Positions 18,990 through 26,582 of a DNA stretch of 64,000 bases are shown here, piece by piece. The position numbers and the translations under genes are program-made. The notes beneath the pieces were generated by a model, which saw only the letters and a list, made by a program, of their open reading frames with translations, did no database searches and was not told the origin of the DNA. The DNA is from an uncultured Prevotellaceae bacterium (GTDB lineage Bacteria > Bacteroidota > Bacteroidia > Bacteroidales > Bacteroidaceae), in assembly GCA_900316575.1 (NCBI GenBank), contig ONDJ01000004.1:63736-127735 (forward strand), written 5' to 3'. Numbering within the stretch: the first letter of the stretch is position 1; each line of letters starts with the position of its first letter.

Positions 18990-20162
18990 TCAGCAATAGG
19001 TGTATGTACCTTGTTCGCCTTTGATAATCAATTTGCGCTCACCTGCTTCTATGCGGCCAATGACTTGCGCTTCAATACCATAACTTTGGCTGATAGCAAT
19101 GGCCTGTTCAGCACATTCGGCGGGGAGATACACTTCAAGGCGATGTCCCATGTTGAACACGCGGTACATCTCTTGCCAAGCGGTTTGGCTTTGTTCTTGA
19201 ATGACGCGAAACAAAGGAGGAACGGGGAATAAATTGTCTTTGATGACGCGGCAGTTGTCGCCTACGAAATGAAGCACTTTGGTCTGTGCGCCTCCCGTGC
19301 AGTGAACCATACCATGAATATATTGGCGCATTTCGTCAAGCAAAGTCTTGACCACGGGCGCATAAGTCCGAGTAGGGGAGAGCACCAATTGGCCTGCCGT
19401 GAGCGGTGTGCCTGGTACGGGAGTGTCTAAGCGCAGTTTGCCGCTATACACCAATTCGTCGGGCACGGCGCGGTCGTAGCTTTCGGGATATTTCTCAGCG
19501 AGGTATTTGGCAAAAACATCGTGGCGTGCCGAGGTCAATCCGTTGCTGCCCATGCCGCCGTTATACTGCTTCTCGTAAGTGGCTTGCCCCGTAGAGGAAA
19601 GTCCTACGATGACATCACCCGGTCGAATGTTGGCATTGTCAATCACATCGGCGCGACGCATACGGCACGTCACTGTGCTATCTACAATAATGGTGCGCAC
19701 CAAGTCGCCAACATCGGCTGTCTCGCCGCCAGTGGCATGAATACCGATGCCCATGTCGCGAAGCCACTGCAAGAGTTCGTCAGTTCCTTCGATGATAGCA
19801 CGAATGACCTCGCCTGGGATCAGATGCTTGTTGCGTCCTATGGTGCTACTAACAAGGATGCCATCTACAGCACCTACGCAGAGCAAGTCGTCGGTGTTCA
19901 TCACGAGCGCATCTTGGGCAATGCCTCGCCAAACACTGAGGTCGCCCGTTTCGCGCCAATAGCAATAAGCAAGGGAAGACTTTGTGCCAGCTCCATCGGC
20001 GTGCATGATGTTGCAATAGGCCTCATCGCCGCCAAGAATGTCGGGAATTATCTTACAAAACGCTTGCGGATAAAGGCCCTTGTCAATGTGGCGAATGGCA
20101 GCGTGCACGTCCTCTTTGGCAGCACTCACGCCACGCATCATGTATCGTTCGTTTGCCATCAT
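18990..20162 (-). CDS. purM: Phosphoribosylformylglycinamidine cyclo-ligase (Bacteroidetes-type AIR synthase)
   Basis: HADGAGTK, MNTDDL, GGETADVG, HCTGG, FNMGHRLE. Confidence 0.9.
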   Translation of the reverse strand: MMANERYMMRGVSAAKEDVHAAIRHIDKGLYPQAFCKIIPDILGGDEAYCNIMHADGAGTKSSLAYCYWRETGDLSVWRGIAQDALVMNTDDLLCVGAVDGILVSSTIGRNKHLIPGEVIRAIIEGTDELLQWLRDMGIGIHATGGETADVGDLVRTIIVDSTVTCRMRRADVIDNANIRPGDVIVGLSSTGQATYEKQYNGGMGSNGLTSARHDVFAKYLAEKYPESYDRAVPDELVYSGKLRLDTPVPGTPLTAGQLVLSPTRTYAPVVKTLLDEMRQYIHGMVHCTGGAQTKVLHFVGDNCRVIKDNLFPVPPLFRVIQEQSQTAWQEMYRVFNMGHRLEVYLPAECAEQAIAISQSYGIEAQVIGRIEAGERKLIIKGEQGTYTYC

Positions 20163-20752
20163 TCGAAGCTCACCGTAGGAGCATTTTGAGCACCAGCCTC
20201 AGCCTCAAACTTGGCCTTCGTCTCAAAGCCAAACATGCTAGCGAGGATGTTGCCTGGGAAGCGGCGCACCTTGAGGTTGTATTTCTCAACGGTGGCGTTG
20301 AACGTGTCGCGAGCTTTGTTGATGCGGTTTTCGGTACCTTCGAGCTGAGCCTGTAGGTCTTTGAACTGCTCATTAGCTTTCAGGTCGGGATATTGCTCTT
20401 GCACCACCATCAAGCGGCCGAGGGCTTGTGAGAGTTCGCCCTGTGCGGCTTGGAACTCTTGGAGCTTTTCGGGGGTGAGGTTGTTGGGGTCAACCGTGAT
20501 TTGTGTGGCACGAGCGCGGGCATTAATCACGCCTTCAAGGGTTTCTTGTTCATGCTTTGCATAGCCTTTGACAGTGTTGACCAAATTGGGGATGAGATCG
20601 GCACGACGCTGATACTGACTCTGTACGTTAGCCCATGCCGTAGTGACAGGCTCTTCGAGTTCTACAATGCCGTTGTAGGTGCTTACACACCACATCACGA
20701 GTACAAGTACAATGCCGCCACCAATGAGCAGGCCAAGAGATGCTTTTTTCAT
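20159..20752 (-). CDS. lemA: LemA family protein
   Basis: N-terminal TM, QYQRRADLIPNLV, YPDLKAN, LEGTENRI. Confidence 0.93.
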   Translation of the reverse strand: MKKASLGLLIGGGIVLVLVMWCVSTYNGIVELEEPVTTAWANVQSQYQRRADLIPNLVNTVKGYAKHEQETLEGVINARARATQITVDPNNLTPEKLQEFQAAQGELSQALGRLMVVQEQYPDLKANEQFKDLQAQLEGTENRINKARDTFNATVEKYNLKVRRFPGNILASMFGFETKAKFEAEAGAQNAPTVSFE

Positions 20753-20786
20753 AATAATAAAAGGTTTTTAGTTAATGTTCTATGCT

Positions 20787-20811
20787 GGGAGCGCGGGTGT
20801 CTTCGCCCGCA
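20787..20811. repeat. REP-like GC hairpin GGGAGCGCGGGTGTCTTCGCCCGCA (partial copy at 20886-20901)
   Basis: GCGGGyG-N4-CGCCCGC stem; same family at 21968-21992, 41079-41103 and 41199-41222. Confidence 0.75.
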
Positions 20812-20930
20812 TTTAGATTAAAGCTTAAAGGTTAAAGCCGCCGCCCAATTGTCAAATTGTAATTTGTCCAATGGTCAAATGCTACGGCGTCCTCGCCCGC
20901 AGTGAGGTTGAAGCTTTGGGGTTTAATGCT

Positions 20931-21851
20931 TTAGAAACGCCCACCTGCACCGCCGCCGCCGAATGAGCCGCCGCCGAATGAGCCACCACTGAAACCGCCG
21001 CCGCGCATGGCGCCGCCAAGGGCTCCGCCCATAATGGCACCGCCTGCCGATGATCCCGAGGAGATGTTGACGTGCTCAGTATCGGTTTGTGTATGTCCGC
21101 ATTTAGGACAGACATAAGTCACTTGATAGGTCTTGGTATTCGCCGTGCGCGAAACAAGTACGCGTTGTGTCACCTTCATGTAGGTCTTGCACTTCGGGCA
21201 CTTCTTGCGACCGAAGTAAGCTAAGGCTCCAAGGCCCAAGCCAATGACGCTGATCACACCAATCGCACCGCCAAGGTCGTCGTCGCTTTCTTCGTCAAAG
21301 GCGGTGAACTCGGCATAGTCGGGGTCTTGACTGAGGATGCCATGAATGGCGTATGCAGCTTGGCGCATGGCTTCGCCCCACTGTCCTTGTTTCATGTAGG
21401 GCACCATCAGACGATTGCCGATGCGGTTGCAAACGGCATCGGGCAGAACGCCCTCAAGGCCTTTGCCTGGGAAGATGCGCCACTGTCTATCTACAGCACT
21501 CACCACAATGAGCAACCCATTGTCTGTGCCTTTCTTGCCGAAGCCATATTTGGTAAAGAGACTGTCGCCCCATTCATAGACATCGCCGCCAGCCACACGC
21601 CCCACCATGACGCAAACCATTTCTACGCCGAAGCGGTGCTCAAGGTCGTAGGATACGGCATCGAGGGTGTCCACATCGGCTGCGGTTAAGCCAAAATCGG
21701 GATTGATGGTGTAGCGCAGGCTATCCTGCAAATGGGGCATGGGCAGGTCGTTTACCGACCAAGCTGAGATCGAGTCGTTAAAAGCGATCTGTGCTTGCAC
21801 GCTTAGGGCAAGCAATGGAGCAAGGAAGAGAAGGAGTATTTTGTTCCGCAT
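20931..21851 (-). CDS. TPM domain protein (YgcG-like) with a zinc-ribbon and Gly-rich tail
   Basis: Signal peptide, GKKGTDNGLLI, GKGLEGVLPD, TM, CPKC..CPKC, GGGSFGGGGAGGRF; usual LemA partner. Confidence 0.9.
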   Translation of the reverse strand: MRNKILLLFLAPLLALSVQAQIAFNDSISAWSVNDLPMPHLQDSLRYTINPDFGLTAADVDTLDAVSYDLEHRFGVEMVCVMVGRVAGGDVYEWGDSLFTKYGFGKKGTDNGLLIVVSAVDRQWRIFPGKGLEGVLPDAVCNRIGNRLMVPYMKQGQWGEAMRQAAYAIHGILSQDPDYAEFTAFDEESDDDLGGAIGVISVIGLGLGALAYFGRKKCPKCKTYMKVTQRVLVSRTANTKTYQVTYVCPKCGHTQTDTEHVNISSGSSAGGAIMGGALGGAMRGGGFSGGSFGGGSFGGGGAGGRF

Positions 21852-21967
21852 TTTGGGATAAAATCTGTTTTAGCCCTGCAAAAATAAAGATAAAATGCAA
21901 ATACTACTACATTTTGCACAGAAAAGCTATCACAGTTGTCCATGCCCGCTCCTTTGCCACCAAAGTT

Positions 21968-22032
21968 GGGAGCGCGGGCGTCCTCGCCCGCAAAAACTTC
22001 CCTTGTCTCCACTGGTGGGGGCAAGGGAAGTT
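21968..22032. repeat. REP-like hairpin followed by an AACTTCCCTTG-N16-CAAGGGAAGTT hairpin
   Basis: GGGAGCGCGGGCGTCCTCGCCCGCA at 21968-21992; second hairpin at 21995-22032. Confidence 0.8.
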
Positions 22033-22148
22033 TACTAAATCCTATTAGGTTATTAGTTCGATATAAGTTGCTTTTCAATGTTTCTATTTATACCATAACA
22101 ATAACGAAAGGGACCTTATGCTGTCATGCTGAAACTTTGGAGATATAA

Positions 22149-23327
22149 TCAAGATTTATATTGGACAAGCATTGCTCGTAAAAACTCAGATAAGTATATA
22201 TAACTTTCACTATTTCTTCCATAAGTACCTATTTTTTCAGAACTTAAAACCCATTCAGTTCCACTCTTCATAAGAAAAAATGCCAATCTGTCAGAATTGT
22301 CTTTTTCATATTTAGAATATATTGTATAAGTACGTGTTCCATCTTCACTAAGTGGAAAATTAAGACATTGACCTGTTAAATTGCTCTTGACTTGTAGTTT
22401 CTTTCCGTTATCAATAACGCTATATGTATTCATTCCTTCTGCAAATAAATCGCTTATATAAAAATTACCATAAATACGTTGTTTCCAACTTTCTCCTAAA
22501 TATACATCAGTTTCATTAGGTTGTGCAAAGATATAACAACCAATAGTTCCACTTTTAATATATGGTCCCATCCATATAGCACCTTCTGGAAGTGCTACAT
22601 TTTTTAATTTAGAAACTGTTTTACTTACCTGATAGCTACCATTTATTTTAACATATGGGTAAATCCAAGCATAAGTATCCTTGTCTATACCAGTTATGGT
22701 ACATTGAGCATATCCACGACACCTATCGTTTAAAGACTCTACTTTGCTGGCTGGATAGTATTTGTCGCCGACTTTTACTCCATATTCTCTGTCATCTACG
22801 AATGCAGAATAATTGTCTATATTAACACGGACAACCATACTTCGTGAGCCATAATAAACAGGTAATGCTTCTTCCGTGAACCAACTGCCACCATCCTTGT
22901 ATCGATTATACACGTAGGTTGAACCACCTTTTGTCAGCAAGTTTGCAGTCCAGGTGTCCTCTGAAACATCAATAACTTCCCAAACACTTGTATTTGTAAA
23001 TATACAATGTTTTTCTGCATCATATTTCCATGTACCACCATAAGACTGCTCCCAACCTTGAGAGTTGTAATTATAAATACGATAAGTACCATCTTTCCCA
23101 AAATAGATCCTACTTTCTTTAAGTGCTCCTGTGCCATCTGCAGGTGCTTGTCCGCGCCATGCTCCAACAAATTTCATACTTTCTTCATCGAGAGTAACTG
23201 TTTGGTTCTCTGTGTTGTTTTCACTGTTTACATCTTCACTGTCGTCGTCTCCTCCGCAAGCGGTGAAACTAAGGGTTAACGCAGCCACAAAGAATAGGGC
23301 CATGAGGTTAAAAACTCGTGTTTTCAT
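22149..23327 (-). CDS. AT-rich putative surface lipoprotein (lipocalin-like N-terminal domain), function unknown, 392 aa
   Basis: Lipobox LSFTA-C followed by acidic GGDDDSED; GAW...GTY...GTW lipocalin-like pattern; visibly lower GC than its neighbours. Confidence 0.75.
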   Translation of the reverse strand: MKTRVFNLMALFFVAALTLSFTACGGDDDSEDVNSENNTENQTVTLDEESMKFVGAWRGQAPADGTGALKESRIYFGKDGTYRIYNYNSQGWEQSYGGTWKYDAEKHCIFTNTSVWEVIDVSEDTWTANLLTKGGSTYVYNRYKDGGSWFTEEALPVYYGSRSMVVRVNIDNYSAFVDDREYGVKVGDKYYPASKVESLNDRCRGYAQCTITGIDKDTYAWIYPYVKINGSYQVSKTVSKLKNVALPEGAIWMGPYIKSGTIGCYIFAQPNETDVYLGESWKQRIYGNFYISDLFAEGMNTYSVIDNGKKLQVKSNLTGQCLNFPLSEDGTRTYTIYSKYEKDNSDRLAFFLMKSGTEWVLSSEKIGTYGRNSESYIYLSEFLRAMLVQYKS

Positions 23328-23394
23328 TTGTTTAATAGTTGTTTTTGGTGTTAAGATTTGAATAGAAAGAATTGTTTACTACGGGTTGCTGCGA

Positions 23395-23506
23395 AGTACA
23401 CCTATAACTGTACTCATCGTTGACCTATAACTCAACTGGCAGTTGACTTATAACTGTACTATGAGTTGACTTATAACTGTACTATGAGTTGAGTTATAGG
23501 TGTACT
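23395..23506. repeat. 23-bp-period array bounded by a perfect 15-bp inverted repeat
   Basis: AGTACACCTATAACT (23395-23409) / AGTTATAGGTGTACT (23492-23506); TATAAC at 23403, 23426, 23449 and 23472; AGTTGACTTATAACTGTACTATG x2. Confidence 0.92.
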
Positions 23507-23581
23507 CACAGCCCTTTTGCATTCGAGTGTCAACAAGGGGCTAAGATACCTTGCCCATTGTGGTGCCTAAGCCAAGCACAG

Positions 23582-24007
23582 CTATTGCTTGGCTGCTAGT
23601 TTCTTAGATTTTTCCATATCGCTGGGTTCGAAACTGAGATTCTCTTTTTTGAGTTTCAACCCAATCTCTTGAGCGCGTCGGAAACAGCATGTAACATGCT
23701 TGATGAGGTTGGCACCTGACTCCCAGCATTCTTTTTGCGTTTCGGCAGCATCACTTTTCAGGCGGGTGTAAAAGGTGCCAATGTCGTCGAGCATCACACT
23801 CTGCCCATTTTGCAAGGCATAAATAATTTCAAACTGCAAAGCATCGAGCACGGCACGAATGTCGGCGCGCGAGACAGTAGAGCGCTTCTCTATCAGCTCG
23901 GCGAGTTGCTTGGTGGTGACGCGTTTCTGCGGGGCACTCTGCACGTAATATTTCACGACGGTTGTGCCTGGCTTCTTGATAGGCCGTGTCTGATAAGCAT
24001 AAGCCAT
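23582..24007 (-). CDS. HU-related DNA-binding protein (Bacteroidetes HU_rel type), 141 aa
   Basis: LAELIEKRSTVSRADIRAVLDAL...LQNGQSVMLDDIGTFY; start trimmed to MAYAYQ. Confidence 0.85.
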   Translation of the reverse strand: MAYAYQTRPIKKPGTTVVKYYVQSAPQKRVTTKQLAELIEKRSTVSRADIRAVLDALQFEIIYALQNGQSVMLDDIGTFYTRLKSDAAETQKECWESGANLIKHVTCCFRRAQEIGLKLKKENLSFEPSDMEKSKKLAAKQ

Positions 24008-24106
24008 AATTAATAAAGAATTTAGTTTGCCGCCGAAAGTCCCCGAATGCGGCTGGGTTTTACTGAAATGTTGGGGTGCAAAAAAGCGCAGGACTTTGTT
24101 TTGGGA

Positions 24107-24305
24107 TGTTCGCCTTGAAAGAGGTCCTGGAAATAACCTGTGCAGTGACGAAGAATGAAACAATGAACCCACGCTGTACGCATATACACTTCAAAGTTTG
24201 TAGAGTTAGACTGCATACTTACTTTGGGATATACGAAACAGAAGCGGGCGTCGGTTGTCTCTATCCTACTGCTTGAGAAATTTTCCAGGTTTCTTTCAAC
24301 GGACA
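24107..24305 (-). ncRNA. Putative long rod-like structured 5' leader RNA
   Basis: Seven nested complementary blocks; two mismatches become G-U pairs only on the minus strand; lies between the promoter and the HU-like ATG. Confidence 0.55.
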
Positions 24306-24355
24306 GAAGCAAAAACGCCTTCTTGGCCTTGCGGATTTCTCCCGCAAGACGGGGG

Positions 24356-24387
24356 CAAAGATAAGGTTTTATTGTGGATATGGCAAA
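24356..24387 (-). promoter_or_regulatory. Promoter TTTG-N20-TATCTTTG driving the leader and HU-like gene
   Basis: Exact consensus on the minus strand (CAAAGATA 24356-63, CAAA 24384-87). Confidence 0.75.
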
Positions 24388-24390
24388 AGG

Positions 24391-24432
24391 AACGCCCTGT
24401 TTTTGCAATTATGGTGCAGAAAACGGGGCGTT
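24391..24432 (-). terminator. Hairpin downstream of the NTase gene
   Basis: AACGCCCTGTTTTTGCA / TGCAGAAAACGGGGCGTT imperfect stem. Confidence 0.5.
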
Positions 24433-24537
24433 GCTGGGAGGGGGGGGCACTAAAGGTGATCCACAAATCAATTAAAGCCGTAAGGCTTATTCTGTTATGA
24501 AGTATTGCTGCATTATGTTGCTAAATAATCTTGTAAG

Positions 24538-25155
24538 TTATAATCCATTTGTAGCTAAGACGGTTAGTGCATGCTGTATTTCTTCTGATGTAGGCGGATT
24601 TGGAATGAGCCACTCTACGGTCTCACTATAATCAATGTCATCAAAGTAGCAGAGTTGGGAGCGGAACAATTTTTCGGAATAGAGTTCACCAAAAATTTGA
24701 ATAGCGGCAGTTGAAACCTCTGCTATCGTAAAGTGATTGTGCAATAGATAATATAGATCAACGTAATCTTTCCACTTAGACCGACGACCAAGGGCGTATG
24801 CTTTCATAGCTGCCAGTTGCAGTAGGGATGGGAGACGGAAAGAATTCTGAAACGTTGCAGTTGGCTCAATAGGAAAAGGATATTGGAAGAAGGTGATCTT
24901 TACGTCGTTGACTACAAGGTTCATCTGTTCCGATACACGACGGGTTACTGTATAAGCGACCGACGCTGCTGCGATTTTGTCAAGGTTACGCTTGTGGTTA
25001 ATAGCCGACGATTTGAATAGATCAAAGTCAATGGAGCGACGATGACCTATGTAGAGTGCGATGGCCGTGCCGCCAACCAGATAATACTCGCGACGAAACT
25101 TTTCCATCAACGGGAGCAACTCTTTTTGATTTTGGCTTAATATCTCACTGTACAT
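24538..25155 (-). CDS. AbiEii/AbiGii-family nucleotidyltransferase (putative toxin), 205 aa
   Basis: YLVGGTAIAL..GHRRSIDFDLF catalytic motif; KAYALGRR..WKDYVDLY C-terminal motif. Confidence 0.85.
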   Translation of the reverse strand: MYSEILSQNQKELLPLMEKFRREYYLVGGTAIALYIGHRRSIDFDLFKSSAINHKRNLDKIAAASVAYTVTRRVSEQMNLVVNDVKITFFQYPFPIEPTATFQNSFRLPSLLQLAAMKAYALGRRSKWKDYVDLYYLLHNHFTIAEVSTAAIQIFGELYSEKLFRSQLCYFDDIDYSETVEWLIPNPPTSEEIQHALTVLATNGL

Positions 25156-25411
25156 ACTTCTTCAGAACGAGTGAAAAGAAATGATAAATTTCAGGATAGT
25201 AGTTCAACTTTTGTCGTCCTTTGGCTGAGAAGAACACTTCTGCCACGCGTTTGCCTCCGAGTGTGTCAATCAGTTCGTGATAATCGTTGAGCGTTCCGTC
25301 ATTTAAGATGCGCTCAACGAGCAGGGCATCGCTGATTTTTTGTTTCTCTGCATCGGGCGTGTACCAAAAGAGATTCTTATGCTTCTCTATGATTTGTTCG
25401 CGTGACATCAT
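25145..25411 (-). CDS. Small DUF6922-like protein (putative antitoxin), 88 aa
   Basis: LFW...LVERILNDGTL.DY pattern; overlaps the NTase start; own TATTTTTG element at 25435-25442. Confidence 0.6.
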   Translation of the reverse strand: MMSREQIIEKHKNLFWYTPDAEKQKISDALLVERILNDGTLNDYHELIDTLGGKRVAEVFFSAKGRQKLNYYPEIYHFFSLVLKKYVQ

Positions 25412-25517
25412 TTGAATGTTTGGCTCTTGGGCTACAAAAATAATCTATGCGTACGAGAATTATGCTGTTATACGCTAAAAAGTACTATTATGCTTTCGCT
25501 AAGCACTCATTAGAGTA

Positions 25518-26531
25518 CTACTTAAGGTCCCTGACTTTAGCTGCCGCTCTCTTATTTCGCTTCCACCACAGGTAGTAGCCCGTACAGGGCAAGGTGGCTC
25601 CGATGAGTGCGGCGAGGAGGTAGAGTATGCGGGTGAAAAGTCCGCCCCAGCGACCGAAGTGGAGGGCTTGGAGCGCGGCGTGGAATGGGCTTTTGGGTGA
25701 GGGTTGGTGCTGGGCTACGTGGCGCACTTTTGAGGAAGGGGCGGGGGAGGAGTTGGGAGTGCTTGCCGAGGCTTCGCTGTGCTGATGAGGAAGGGGCGTT
25801 GCTGCCGAGGGGGATTGAGTTGGAGCGGTGTGCTGCTCTTCGTGTCCAAAGATGGTTTGCGCGCCTTGTCGGTACCAGCCGAAGGTCCATGCGGGACCAG
25901 TGAGTGCCATGAGGAGCAGGAAGATGGCTGCAAAGAGGCCAAGGGTGACATGGCTGTCGTAGGCAAAGCGGTGGAAGCCTTTGTTGGTCTTGATGGAGAG
26001 GCGACGACGGAGCTGTGCTTTGCTACGCGGCCACCACAGGATAAGCCCTGTTAAAATAATAATGGTCATGGCAATGGCAGTAAGCCCTACGACGATGCGC
26101 CCCAAGGAGAGCGCGCTGTGGGGGTCGCCCTCGGGGGTGTGGAGCAAATAGCGATGGAGCGAACGGATTGTAACGAAGAAGTCGGATCCAAGCGGACGGC
26201 CATAGACTTCGCCGGTATAGGGATTGACGAGAAAATCGCCTCGTCCCATGCCTGCGATGACGGCTCGGGCAGGAGCGGTGGGTTCGTCGCTGACTTCAAG
26301 TGATAGAAGGATTTGGTCGGCGGAGAGTTGCGACTCTACTTTCTCTAAGAGCACACTGTCGGCGAGGTGTGTTGCTCCTGTTGGGAACGTGATGTGATAC
26401 TTGTTGTAGTTGAGCCCTTGGATGATTTCTTTTTCAAACACCAACAGTGCTCCCGTTAGGCACATTAAGAAGATGATGATGCCAAAGGGTAGGGCGAGCC
26501 AGCGATGAAGGATGAGAAAGAGTTTACGCAT
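25518..26531 (-). CDS. PepSY-associated TM helix domain protein
   Basis: LHRWLALPFG..TG, NPYTGEV, LHRYLL, GLILWWP, YDSHVTLG, ALHFGRWGG. Confidence 0.88.
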   Translation of the reverse strand: MRKLFLILHRWLALPFGIIIFLMCLTGALLVFEKEIIQGLNYNKYHITFPTGATHLADSVLLEKVESQLSADQILLSLEVSDEPTAPARAVIAGMGRGDFLVNPYTGEVYGRPLGSDFFVTIRSLHRYLLHTPEGDPHSALSLGRIVVGLTAIAMTIIILTGLILWWPRSKAQLRRRLSIKTNKGFHRFAYDSHVTLGLFAAIFLLLMALTGPAWTFGWYRQGAQTIFGHEEQHTAPTQSPSAATPLPHQHSEASASTPNSSPAPSSKVRHVAQHQPSPKSPFHAALQALHFGRWGGLFTRILYLLAALIGATLPCTGYYLWWKRNKRAAAKVRDLK

Positions 26532-26544
26532 GGAGTGAAAAGAA

Positions 26545-26575
26545 GCCTCACCCCCAAAAGGCACGAGGGTGAGGC
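26545..26575 (-). terminator. Hairpin GCCTCACCC...GGGTGAGGC after the GH31 gene
   Basis: 9-bp stem identical to the one at 32465-32492. Confidence 0.55.
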
Positions 26576-26582
26576 TAAGCGT

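Noticed and set aside
21803-22078. 91-aa ORF upstream of the TPM gene
   Set aside because: It reads through the REP and hairpin repeats and overlaps the TPM promoter and start
24440-24447. G8 tract as a phase-variation site
   Set aside because: It is short and lies outside both the promoter spacer and any CDS
24022-24500. ORFs of 66-128 aa and the 55-codon N-terminal extension of the HU-like gene
   Set aside because: They overlap the promoter and structured leader and have no recognisable motifs
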